From an uncultured Mycoplasmatota bacterium (GTDB lineage Bacteria; Bacillota_I; Bacilli_A; RF39; UBA660): a stretch of 64,000 nucleotides of DNA. The stretch lies in contig URQZ01000004.1 in NCBI GenBank assembly GCA_900550255.1, forward strand, positions 9,481 through 73,480, written 5' to 3'. Below the pieces are notes generated by a model. That model saw nothing but the letters and a program-made list of their open reading frames with translations, searched no databases and had not been told where the DNA came from. Shown piece by piece: positions 55,665 through 64,000 of this stretch. Every line of letters starts with the position of its first letter. Positions within the stretch are counted from its first letter, which is position 1. Both the position numbers and the translations under genes were made by a program.

Positions 55665-57131
55665 ATGAATCTTTTTTCTAACACAAATTCTAATAAAAGA
55701 TATTATACATTAGATTACTTTTATAAACAAAAATTTAACTCAAAGGTGTTTAAAGTTAGTTTAAATGCCGGTTTTAGTTGTCCTAATATCGATGGAACAG
55801 TTGGAACCGGTGGATGCATATATTGTTCTAATACCGGTAGTGGTGAATTTGCTGGTAATAAAAATGATGATTTAGTAAAACAATTCAATGAAGTTAAAGC
55901 TATTCTTCATAAAAAATGGCCTAATGCCAAATATATAGGTTACTTCCAAGCTAGAACTAATACTTATGCTGATGTTGAAACATTAAAAGAAAAATATGAA
56001 ACTATTTTAAAGCTTGATAATGTTGTAGGTCTTTCAATTGCAACTAGACCCGATGCCATAAGTCCTGAATGTCTCAAATATTTAACTGAACTAAATAAAA
56101 AGACTTTTTTAACTATTGAACTTGGTCTACAAACAATTCATGAAAAAACAACTAAATTGATAAATCGATGTCATAGTTTAGAATGTTTTGATGAATGTGT
56201 TAAAAAGTTAAGAAAAAATAATATAAATGTTGTTGTTCATATTATAAATGGACTTCCTTACGAAACAAAAGAAATGATGCTTGATACTATTAAACATCTA
56301 AATAAGTTAGATATTCAAGGTGTAAAAATACATATGCTACACATTTTAAAACAAACTAAATTAGGTAAAATGTATGAAGAAAATCCTTTTAAAATTTTAA
56401 CAAAAGAGGAATATGTGGATATTGTATGTGATCAATTAGAAAATCTCAAATCAAATATTGTTATCAATCGTATTACAGGTGATCCTAAAATTGATGATTT
56501 AATTGAACCAAATTGGTTAACTAAAAAATTTGGTGTTATGAATGATATTGATAAAGAATTAGCAAAAAGAGATACTTATCAAGGATTTAATTTAAGTATT
56601 TTAAATCGCAGTAAACAAATAATCAGCAATTTAGTTAAAAAAAATGATATTGTTGTTGATGCTACCATTGGAAATGGAAATGATACATTATTTTTAGCTG
56701 ATTTAGCACGCGAGGGTAAAGTAATTGGTTTTGATATTCAAAAAGAAGCAATTGAGAGGACAAAAAAATTGCTAGATAAAAATAGTATTAAAAATTATCA
56801 ATTGTTTGAAAAGAATCATGCAGATATTTTAAAAGTATTAAAAAACTATGAAAATAAAATAAGTTTAATTCTTTTTAATTTAGGTTATCTTCCAAATGGT
56901 GATAAAAGTATTACAACTAATTACAAAACTACTATTAAAGCTATTAATGATTCCCTAAAATTATTAAATAACAAAGGAAATATTTTAGTTGTTATATATC
57001 CTGGTCATAACGCAGGATTACTTGAAAGTAAAGAAATTAAAAAATATTTAAAAACTAATAATATTAAATATAAGGAATATCATAATACAGATAATAAAAT
57101 AGCTCCTTATTTAATCCAAATAAAAAAGTAA
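55665..57131 (+). CDS. fusion protein: N-terminal TIGR01212-type radical SAM domain (YtqA-like) plus C-terminal class I SAM-dependent methyltransferase (YtqB-like, putative rRNA/tRNA methylase)
   Basis: The Cys cluster 'CPNIDGTVGTGGCIYC' is a radical SAM-like CxxxCxxC variant. The C-terminus has 'VVDATIGNGNDTLFLA' (a GxGxG-type AdoMet site) and 'LILFNLGYLPNGDKSITT'. A GTGAGG RBS lies before the ATG at 55665. Confidence 0.7.
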   Translation: MNLFSNTNSNKRYYTLDYFYKQKFNSKVFKVSLNAGFSCPNIDGTVGTGGCIYCSNTGSGEFAGNKNDDLVKQFNEVKAILHKKWPNAKYIGYFQARTNTYADVETLKEKYETILKLDNVVGLSIATRPDAISPECLKYLTELNKKTFLTIELGLQTIHEKTTKLINRCHSLECFDECVKKLRKNNINVVVHIINGLPYETKEMMLDTIKHLNKLDIQGVKIHMLHILKQTKLGKMYEENPFKILTKEEYVDIVCDQLENLKSNIVINRITGDPKIDDLIEPNWLTKKFGVMNDIDKELAKRDTYQGFNLSILNRSKQIISNLVKKNDIVVDATIGNGNDTLFLADLAREGKVIGFDIQKEAIERTKKLLDKNSIKNYQLFEKNHADILKVLKNYENKISLILFNLGYLPNGDKSITTNYKTTIKAINDSLKLLNNKGNILVVIYPGHNAGLLESKEIKKYLKTNNIKYKEYHNTDNKIAPYLIQIKK

Positions 57132-57146
57132 TTCAAAATTACTTTT

Positions 57147-57806
57147 TTATATTTTCTTTCCACAAATAAAACAAACTTGAGCATCTTCTTTTAATCTAGC
57201 ACCACAATGTGGACAAGTTTTAAAAGTCTGATTATTATAAAAATTCTGATCAAAACTAGTTGTTTTAACATTATCATCAAAATTATTATTACTTACTTTT
57301 GTTTTTTTATTCATTTTTAATTTTCTTACTATTATTAACATTAAAAGAATTATAACAACAGCAATTAAACCAAACACAAAATAATTATGTGTCGTTTTTT
57401 TATCTGTTACTTGTTCGCTAGGTGTTTCTATTTTTCCATCATACCCTATTACATTAACACCAGTATCAGTATATAAATAAATTACCTTAGGATTTGGTGT
57501 TAAATCAAGTTCTTTAATATTATTACCTTCAAAATCAACATAAGTAATACTTGTAAGTTTTTCTAAGCCTTTAACAGAATTAATATTATAAGAAACACAG
57601 GCTAAGGTTGGCATTTTAGAAAGCTCTTCATCAGTTGCCACATAAGTTTTGGAATCCCTATTATTTATTCCATTAATTTCATCCTCATTTAAATTCATAA
57701 TAATGCAATCATAAAAATTATCATCATCAAAATTAGGATTAACTGGTTGTGCTTCTACCTTACCAATAAAAATAAATAAAAAGATAAAGCAAAATAATTT
57801 TTTCAT
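57147..57806 (-). CDS. type I membrane protein with LRR-like ectodomain, one TM helix and a C-terminal cytoplasmic zinc ribbon
   Basis: There is a signal peptide. The LRR-like segment is 'LEKLTSITYVDFEGNNIKELDLTPNPKV'. The TM helix is 'FGLIAVVIILLMLIIV'. The C-terminus reads 'CPHCGARLKEDAQVCFICG'. A GAGGGTGA RBS precedes the start. Confidence 0.45.
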   Translation of the reverse strand: MKKLFCFIFLFIFIGKVEAQPVNPNFDDDNFYDCIIMNLNEDEINGINNRDSKTYVATDEELSKMPTLACVSYNINSVKGLEKLTSITYVDFEGNNIKELDLTPNPKVIYLYTDTGVNVIGYDGKIETPSEQVTDKKTTHNYFVFGLIAVVIILLMLIIVRKLKMNKKTKVSNNNFDDNVKTTSFDQNFYNNQTFKTCPHCGARLKEDAQVCFICGKKI

Positions 57807-57894
57807 TTTATCACCCTCTACATTAATTTTATTTTAACATTTACAATTGAATTTAACAATATAAAGAAAAAAAGAAATCACAAAATAGTGATCT

Positions 57895-58176
57895 CTAAAG
57901 TCTCCAAAAGAGTGTTGAACAACTATTATTATCTTCATAACGTTTATTTATAGGACTTATAACCATAACAGAATTACTTTGTTTTTCTAAACTACCGTTT
58001 GTAATAATATTTTCAGATCCTTTGTAGTTTTCACCACGACCTGCATTTGTACATTGTGGTACTGCTTGAAATAAAGCTGCTGTTGCTGGAACCCCTTGTC
58101 TTGGTCCGTAAAAATCTTTCCATTGATCAGCAAATGTACCACCTAAGGCACCTGAAAATGCTTTAACAAATCCCAT
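57895..58176 (-). CDS. short 93-aa ORF resembling the N-terminus of SPFH-like ('virion core protein'-annotated) bacterial proteins; possibly a truncated remnant
   Basis: An AAGAGG RBS precedes the start. The N-terminus 'MGFVKAFSGALGGTFADQWKDF' and the segment 'GENYKGSENIITNGS' recall a longer family I know from memory. The ORF stops at 93 aa, and only about 88 nt remain before the next gene. Confidence 0.3.
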   Translation of the reverse strand: MGFVKAFSGALGGTFADQWKDFYGPRQGVPATAALFQAVPQCTNAGRGENYKGSENIITNGSLEKQSNSVMVISPINKRYEDNNSCSTLFWRL

Positions 58177-58390
58177 AATCTACCTCTTTTCCTTCTGAAT
58201 AGTTATTAATACACTTCCTATTATATTTAAGTATAACATACAAAAATTAATTAATACCATTACATCATGTTATAATAAATTAATTTTACACTTTTTATGT
58301 AAAGAAAAAATATTAGTTAAAAATAATTTCATATTTTAATCAATAATATTATAAAAGGATGATTTTTAATCATCCTTCATAATAAGATTT

Positions 58391-58768
58391 TTATCTTACT
58401 TTTAAATTAGTATTAGTTAATTCCATAGTACTTGAAATTATATCAAAAGTTTGATCAAAAGAAGGTTCACTATCCTTAACTAATTGTACTTTTCCATAGT
58501 CTTGTAAAAAACCTGGACTTATTTTTAAATTTTTTTCAGCAATCAATAAATCTGGTACTACTTCTCCAGGTTCTAAACCTATCAAATCTCCTAGAAAACT
58601 TTTTACACTAAATTCCCTATCATCAACATTTTCTATAGACGAAAATTGATCTTGAAATCTAGATAAATATGACACTATTTCTATTTTGCTTAAAAGTTCT
58701 AATCTTGTTTTTGATTTTTCACCTATAGGAAAATTATTTACCATACTAATAATCTTTAAATCATTCAT
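58391..58768 (-). CDS. hypothetical cytoplasmic protein
   Basis: The 125-aa protein has no recognisable motif. A hairpin terminator follows it. Confidence 0.35.
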   Translation of the reverse strand: MNDLKIISMVNNFPIGEKSKTRLELLSKIEIVSYLSRFQDQFSSIENVDDREFSVKSFLGDLIGLEPGEVVPDLLIAEKNLKISPGFLQDYGKVQLVKDSEPSFDQTFDIISSTMELTNTNLKVR

Positions 58769-58825
58769 CCTATTTTTCCTTTCTAATCAATTAAAATTGC
58801 TACCTATCTTACTGAGCAAGAATTT

Positions 58826-59815
58826 TTAAATTCCTAACATTTTTATTTTTTTTCTAACTGCAATTATTGTTGCTGCAGTTAAAATAAATCCTCCACCATA
58901 TATTAGTCCTTTATCACTTGTTTTTGGATTTACTTCTGAATTTGTTTCTTTACTTGAAACAGATTTTTCTGAACTCTTAATTGACTTGAATTCCTGTGAT
59001 GCATAAGTAGTATCACCATCATCTGTCACTAGCATTACCCATAACACATAATCTTCCTCTGTATCTGAAGTTGGTTTTTCGATAATTTGATCATCGGTTT
59101 CAATCCAATTATCATCATTATATTTTATCACTTCATAATAATTATTTTTTAATTGAAATAATTTTGTCATATATGATTGTATTTGATTTTCTAAAGTTGC
59201 TTTACCACTTATTTGTTTCTTATATGTATTTATATCATTATTTTTGGCATCTATTTTATTACTAATAGTTGCTAAATTAGTTTCTTTTCCATTTTCTAAA
59301 ATAGCCAATTCTTGTTCCAAAGATTTTATTTTGTCATTATGATTAGACTTTATTTCCTCAATACTATTATACTGTGACATACATCCGCTATCATTAAAAC
59401 AACTTAGTTCTTGATCATAATTCTGATTTTCTCTTTTTATCTCAGCATTTTTATTTGCAATCTTAGCACTATATTCATTTTCTATCTGTATTTTTTCATT
59501 TTTTAATTCACTCAACTCAGATTGAGCACGATTTAATTTTTCTTCTACTTTTTGTATTTTTGATAATTCTTTTTTTGCGTCTTCCAAAGAACTATTATTT
59601 TTTGTAATTTCATTATTAATAGTCTTGATACTTTTTTTCATTTCGTCAGTTAATTTTATCCATTGATAATAAATTTTACCACTCGTTGATGGAGTTACCC
59701 TTACCCCTTGATTTCCTAAATCAGTAATAACAATACTATTTGCAGCCGAAACATTAATAAACGACAACATACAACCCACAACCACTAATTGAAATATTTT
59801 TTTCATTACACTCAC
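58826..59815 (-). CDS. secreted or surface coiled-coil protein with N-terminal signal peptide and C-terminal hydrophobic anchor
   Basis: The signal peptide is 'MKKIFQLVVVGCMLSFINVSAANS'. Long heptad repeats follow. The C-terminus is 'GGGFILTAATIIAVRKKIKM'. Confidence 0.5.
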   Translation of the reverse strand: MSVMKKIFQLVVVGCMLSFINVSAANSIVITDLGNQGVRVTPSTSGKIYYQWIKLTDEMKKSIKTINNEITKNNSSLEDAKKELSKIQKVEEKLNRAQSELSELKNEKIQIENEYSAKIANKNAEIKRENQNYDQELSCFNDSGCMSQYNSIEEIKSNHNDKIKSLEQELAILENGKETNLATISNKIDAKNNDINTYKKQISGKATLENQIQSYMTKLFQLKNNYYEVIKYNDDNWIETDDQIIEKPTSDTEEDYVLWVMLVTDDGDTTYASQEFKSIKSSEKSVSSKETNSEVNPKTSDKGLIYGGGFILTAATIIAVRKKIKMLGI

Positions 59816-59907
59816 CTATCCTGACCTAATCGTACAATATTATTTTAATGATAGCAATAACTTTTATATCTTTTATTTTAATTTTACACTCTAAAATGTA
59901 AAGTTTA

Positions 59908-59934
59908 ACAAAAAAACATGAGACTTTTCTCATG
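59908..59934 (-). terminator. terminator of serS, overlapping its stop codon
   Basis: The hairpin catgaga-cttt-tctcatg is followed by a U-run on the minus strand. Confidence 0.55.
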
Positions 59935-61213
59935 CTTTTTCTATTTTTTCTTTACCACCCATATAAGGTCTTAAAGCTACAGGTATTTTAATACTTCCAT
60001 CCTCTTGATAATTATTTTCTAAAAACGCAATCAATCCTCGTGGAGTTGCAAGAACGGTATTATTTAAAGTTGAAACTAAATAATTTCCATTTTCACCCTT
60101 AGCTCTAATAGATAGACGTCTAGCTTGTGCATCACCTAAAGTAGAACAAGAACCAACTTCAAAATATTTCTTTTGTCTTGGACTCCATGCTTCAACATCG
60201 CATGATTTTACTTTAAGATCTGCAAGATCTCCTGAACAACATTCAAGAGTTCTAACAGGAATATCTAAGCTTCTAAAGAAATCTACAGTAAACTTCCACA
60301 TTTTGTTATACCAATCCATGGCATCTTCTTGTTTACAAATAACAACCATTTCTTGTTTTTCAAATTGATGAACTCTATATAGACCTCTTTCTTCAATTCC
60401 ATGAGCTCCAACTTCTTTTCTAAAACATGGTGAATATGAAGTAAGAGCAATAGGTAATTCTTTTTCATTTAAGATTTGATTTTTAAATTTTCCTATCATT
60501 GAATGTTCACTAGTTCCAATTAAATATAAATCTTCATTTTCAATTTTGTACATCATTTCATCCATTTCTTCAAATGACATAACACCATCTACAACATCAC
60601 TTCTTATCATAAACGGAGGTATACAATAATTGAATCCTCTATCGATCATAAAATCTCTAGCATAAGATAACATAGCACTGTGAAGTCGTGCGATATCACC
60701 CATTAAATAATAAAAACCATTCCCACTTGTTCTTCCAGCCGCTTCTTTATCAAGACCACATAATGATTCACAAATATCTGCATGATATGGAATTTCATAA
60801 CTTGGAACAAATGGCTCTCCAAATTTCTCAACTTCCACATTTTCACTATCATCCTTACCAATTGGAACAGAACTATCAATGATTTGTGGAATAACTAACA
60901 TTTTCTTTCTTAATTCAGCATTTAAAACATTTTCTTCTTTTTCAATATCAACAAGTTTTTTATTTATCTCTACAACTTGTTGTTTTCTTTCATTTGCTTC
61001 ATCAACCTTTTTATCACGCATTAAAGATCCAATTTCACTACTAATCGTATTACGATCTTTTCGCATACTATCCCCTTGTTGTTTTAAACTTCTAATTTTT
61101 TCATCTAATTCTAATACCTCATCTACTAATGGGAGTTTTTTATCTTGAAACTTCTTTTTAATATTTTCCTTAACCAATTCTTTATTCTCTCTAACAAATT
61201 TAATATCTAACAT
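59930..61213 (-). CDS. serS: serine--tRNA ligase
   Basis: There is an N-terminal coiled-coil arm. Class II motif 2/3 blocks are present ('FRKEVGAHG', 'GSCSTLGDAQARRL'). Confidence 0.95.
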   Translation of the reverse strand: MLDIKFVRENKELVKENIKKKFQDKKLPLVDEVLELDEKIRSLKQQGDSMRKDRNTISSEIGSLMRDKKVDEANERKQQVVEINKKLVDIEKEENVLNAELRKKMLVIPQIIDSSVPIGKDDSENVEVEKFGEPFVPSYEIPYHADICESLCGLDKEAAGRTSGNGFYYLMGDIARLHSAMLSYARDFMIDRGFNYCIPPFMIRSDVVDGVMSFEEMDEMMYKIENEDLYLIGTSEHSMIGKFKNQILNEKELPIALTSYSPCFRKEVGAHGIEERGLYRVHQFEKQEMVVICKQEDAMDWYNKMWKFTVDFFRSLDIPVRTLECCSGDLADLKVKSCDVEAWSPRQKKYFEVGSCSTLGDAQARRLSIRAKGENGNYLVSTLNNTVLATPRGLIAFLENNYQEDGSIKIPVALRPYMGGKEKIEKA

Positions 61214-61214
61214 T

Positions 61215-61625
61215 TTATTTCTTCTCCTTCTTCTTTATTTTTTTATTATCATAACTAAATTCAACTAATTTTACTTTTAAAGCAATCAAATTATTACTAT
61301 TTATAATTCTTTCAATAAACATCTTTTTTGTTTCATCCTTTTCTTGTGTAAGTATCTTTATCGTGTTTACTATATCATCAGAAAAACCTACATCAAGTAA
61401 TTCCTCTGGAAAAATATTTATCTCTGTAATTATATCTTTTAGTAAAAAAACTATCTTTTCGGTAACAGAGTTCATCATATCACAATTAGAATATAATTTA
61501 TCTATATATTCATCTTTACTTTTATATACTCTATCAGTAATAATTAAAGCTTTATGATACATATCATCTTCTGTTTTCAGCATTCTATAACCTAATAGAT
61601 CAAAATAATTCAATAATCCATTCAT
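61215..61625 (-). CDS. small degenerate HD-domain (RelA/SpoT-hydrolase-like) protein, translationally coupled upstream of serS
   Basis: The start is reassigned to the ATG at 61623..61625, which has a GGAGG RBS. The stop lies 1 nt before the serS ATG. The blocks 'YHKALIITD', 'LLKDIITEI' and 'LIALKVKLVEFSYDN' align in order with the H / HD / 'LADRLHN' blocks of RelA/SpoT HD domains. HD is replaced by KD. Confidence 0.45.
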   Translation of the reverse strand: MNGLLNYFDLLGYRMLKTEDDMYHKALIITDRVYKSKDEYIDKLYSNCDMMNSVTEKIVFLLKDIITEINIFPEELLDVGFSDDIVNTIKILTQEKDETKKMFIERIINSNNLIALKVKLVEFSYDNKKIKKKEKK

Positions 61626-61639
61626 TTGATAACCTCCTA

Positions 61640-61835
61640 AAAAGAAAAAAAGACTAATTATAGGAGCAAAAATATGCGGTACCATCCTAATTAGTCTTAA
61701 TTTAAATAACGGTATTAACCGGAAATGTTTGCATTTCACTCAAGAGTAGATTCATAAAAGATTAATGTAAGTTTCCATCAACCACTTACTTTCTATAAAA
61801 AATTACTTTTATTACTATTCTCTATCAACGCTTTC
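61640..61835 (-). promoter_or_regulatory. T-box riboswitch leader of the (HD-like ORF)-serS operon
   Basis: On the minus strand the conserved T-box reads 'AATTAGGATGGTACCGCAT' (plus 61669..61688). It sits inside a long terminator hairpin agactaatta...taattagtct followed by U7. An AGAGAAAG stem I start lies upstream. Confidence 0.75.
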
Positions 61836-61841
61836 TCTTAA

Positions 61842-61870
61842 ATATTAACACGTTTTAATTATTTAGTCAA
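61842..61870 (-). promoter_or_regulatory. sigma-A promoter of the serS T-box leader
   Basis: On the minus strand the -35 is TTGACT (61870..61865), the spacer is 17 nt, and the -10 is TAATAT (61847..61842). Confidence 0.5.
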
Positions 61871-63458
61871 TCCTTTTATATTTTTTGGCTATCATCTCAG
61901 CCATTTTAATCCCATCCATAGCCGAAGTCGTAATTCCTCCTGCATATCCTGCGCCTTCACCACATGGATAAATGCCCAAAATATTAGAATTGTATTCTTC
62001 ATTACGAATTATTTTAACCGGTGATGAAGTACGACTCTCAACGCCAGCCAAAATTGCATCATCACTACCAAATCCTTTTATTTTTGTATCAAAATAAGCA
62101 ATTCCTTCCTTTAATGAATCAGATATGTAACTAGGAAAAATATCATTTAAATTAGCAAATGTATAATTTCCCTTAAAAACTGGTTTTATACTCTTAAATT
62201 CTTTTGATACTTTATTGTTACAAAAATCTTTATATAGTTGAATGGGAATTTTACCTTGACCAATCTTATATGCTTTTTCTTCTAAAGTACGTTGAAATTT
62301 AATTCCGTCTAAAGCATTAGGCCCAAAATCTTTTGGTGATATGGTAACAATAATTGCACTATTAGCATTACTACTATCCCTTTTATAATTACTCATTCCA
62401 TTAATAGCTAAACGATTATGTTCAGAAGATGCATCAACAACATATCCACCTGGGCACATACAAAAAGAATAAACACCTCTTGTACCTGCTTTATATGTTA
62501 ATTTATAACTTGCAGGTTCTAACATATCACTAAAATTACCATACTGGGATTTATTAATTAGTTCTTGAGAATGTTGGATTCTAATTCCTACAGCAAAAGG
62601 TTTAGACGTCATTTCAAGATTATTTTTATATAACATTTCAAAAGTATCACGAGCACTATGTCCAATGGCAAGAACAAGAACATCACAATTAATTATTTCT
62701 TGATTATTTACTTCAATAGACTCAAGTTTATTATTACTAAAAATGATATTAGTAAGCTTAGTATCATATCTAAATTCTCCACCATTTTTTATTATTTCAT
62801 TTCTAATATTTATAATTACATCCCTTAAAATATCAGTACCTATATGCGGTTTATTTACATACATTATTTCTTTAGGTGCGCCATGTTTTACAAAAATTTC
62901 AAATACTTTTTTCATTCTAAATTCTTTATCTTTAACAAGCGTATTAAGTTTTCCATCAGAAAAAGTTCCTGCTCCACCTTCACCAAATTGTACATTAGAA
63001 TTAAGATCAAGTTTACCTGTTTTCCAAAATTCTTCTATCGATTTTACCCTTTCTTCTACTTTTTTACCACGTTCAATTATGATTGGTTTATATCCATACT
63101 GAGCTAAAAGGTATGCTGTAAAAAGGCCTGCTGGCCCACTTCCAACTACTATTGGGCGGTTATTTAGTTTTTCTTTTCCACAAGCATTAAAATGATATTT
63201 TTCAATTGGTGATTCAAAAACATCTTTGGATATGTTTTTTTTCAAAATGTTTTTTTCATTTTCGATTTCAGCATCTACTTCATATATGTAGCAAATATTA
63301 TTCTTTCTTCTAGCATCTAATGATTGTTTATTAATTTTTATCGTTTTTATAGCACTATCTTTTATTTTTAATTTATGAGCTATATATTTTTTTATTTCAT
63401 TTAGATTATTTTTAGTTATTTCTACTTTTATTTGTCTTATTCTAATCATTATTTTCAC
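61863..63458 (-). CDS. FAD-dependent protein (COG2509-type uncharacterised dehydrogenase)
   Basis: The dinucleotide-binding motif is 'VVGSGPAGLFTAYLLA'. The C-terminal 'GEGAGYAGGI' is typical of this family. Confidence 0.65.
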   Translation of the reverse strand: MKIMIRIRQIKVEITKNNLNEIKKYIAHKLKIKDSAIKTIKINKQSLDARRKNNICYIYEVDAEIENEKNILKKNISKDVFESPIEKYHFNACGKEKLNNRPIVVGSGPAGLFTAYLLAQYGYKPIIIERGKKVEERVKSIEEFWKTGKLDLNSNVQFGEGGAGTFSDGKLNTLVKDKEFRMKKVFEIFVKHGAPKEIMYVNKPHIGTDILRDVIINIRNEIIKNGGEFRYDTKLTNIIFSNNKLESIEVNNQEIINCDVLVLAIGHSARDTFEMLYKNNLEMTSKPFAVGIRIQHSQELINKSQYGNFSDMLEPASYKLTYKAGTRGVYSFCMCPGGYVVDASSEHNRLAINGMSNYKRDSSNANSAIIVTISPKDFGPNALDGIKFQRTLEEKAYKIGQGKIPIQLYKDFCNNKVSKEFKSIKPVFKGNYTFANLNDIFPSYISDSLKEGIAYFDTKIKGFGSDDAILAGVESRTSSPVKIIRNEEYNSNILGIYPCGEGAGYAGGITTSAMDGIKMAEMIAKKYKRID

Positions 63459-64000
63459 CCTTTATACTTCTACCTGCCAACATACCACTAATCCAAGCAA
63501 AGCCTAAATTATATCCACCACAATCTCCATCAACATCTAAAATTTCCCCTGTTAAGTACAATCCTTTTATTTTTTTTGTTTCAAATGTTTTTATATTTAT
63601 CTCATCTAATGACACTCCTCCACTACAAACTTGAGCACTATCAAATGATTTAGTGTCAGTGATTTTTAATTTAAAACGATAAAGGTTATTGATCAATTTT
63701 TTCTTTTGAATTTGTGTTAGTTCATTTAGGTTTAGGTTATTATTTATTTTGGCTTCTTTTAATAAAACAGATACTAATTTATAATTTAGAACGCCTTCTA
63801 AAAGTTGTGAAATAGTTCTGTTTTTAACGATTTTATTTCTTTTTAGAAGAAAGTTTAAAACTTCTTCTTCATTTTTAAGCCATGGCAAAAAATTGATTTT
63901 AACACTAACTTTATGTTTTAGGCTTAAATATTTAGAAGCATATCTACTTAAGTTAAATACACATATTCCACTTATTCCATAGTTAGTTAATTGAATTTCT
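63442..64000 (-). CDS. HI0933/YhiN-like FAD-binding enzyme, C-terminal part; the gene continues beyond the window end
   Basis: The C-terminal block is 'GLYLTGEILDVDGDCGGYNLGFAWISG'. The reading frame stays open to the window edge. Confidence 0.6.
   Translation of the reverse strand, partial: EIQLTNYGISGICVFNLSRYASKYLSLKHKVSVKINFLPWLKNEEEVLNFLLKRNKIVKNRTISQLLEGVLNYKLVSVLLKEAKINNNLNLNELTQIQKKKLINNLYRFKLKITDTKSFDSAQVCSGGVSLDEINIKTFETKKIKGLYLTGEILDVDGDCGGYNLGFAWISGMLAGRSIKGENND

Noticed and set aside
57895-58176. Double-glycine leader bacteriocin precursor (SGALGG near the N-terminus)
   Set aside because: There is no LSxxELxxIxGG leader consensus. There is no adjacent ABC-transporter or peptidase C39 gene, and no immunity gene. 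Similarity to a longer protein family is the more likely explanation.
1-64000. tRNA, rRNA, CRISPR, integrase or transposase features
   Set aside because: No GC-rich cloverleaf-sized islands occur outside the three T-box leaders. No repeat-spacer arrays are present. No recombinase or transposase motifs appear in any frame. The intergenic regions are short and AT-rich.

Overview
This window is a low-GC (~25-27% GC) Firmicutes chromosomal segment from a probable endospore-former. That call rests on spoVFA/spoVFB (dpaAB) behind a sigma-K-type promoter, a CotD-like Cys/His-rich small protein, and an RNA polymerase delta subunit. The segment holds about 60 protein-coding genes, more than 80% of them on the minus strand, mostly conserved housekeeping functions: thrS, ldh, tex, dinB, dnaE, rpmB, clpC, dacA, rpoE, argS, glyQS, yebC, ffh, an ABC-F ATPase, smc, mutM, gmk, asnB, dpaAB, an OmpR-type two-component pair, rnhB and serS. 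There are three T-box leader riboswitches with sigma-A promoters, upstream of the thrS, glyQS and serS operons. I saw no rRNA, tRNA, CRISPR array, integrase, transposase or prophage signature. The most unusual structure is an array of three tandem, head-to-tail ~1 kb paralogous genes (13837..16838, minus strand) directly downstream of clpC. They encode ~305-311 aa proteins of unknown function. Their termini and the intergenic cassettes between them are near-identical, and the cassettes carry hairpins that embed the stop codon. The proteins diverge sharply in an internal acidic segment. Other points worth a second look are translationally coupled leader ORFs inside the thrS and serS T-box operons, which encode an unknown 168-aa protein and a degenerate RelA/SpoT-like HD-domain protein, a ThrRS that lacks its N-terminal TGS domain, a radical-SAM (TIGR01212-type) plus methyltransferase gene fusion, a small atypical kinase-like protein, a transglutaminase-like protein, a recurring zinc-ribbon plus single-transmembrane protein architecture, and a short ORF that looks like a remnant of a larger gene. 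All protein calls come from reading motifs in the ORF translations. No database search was run.
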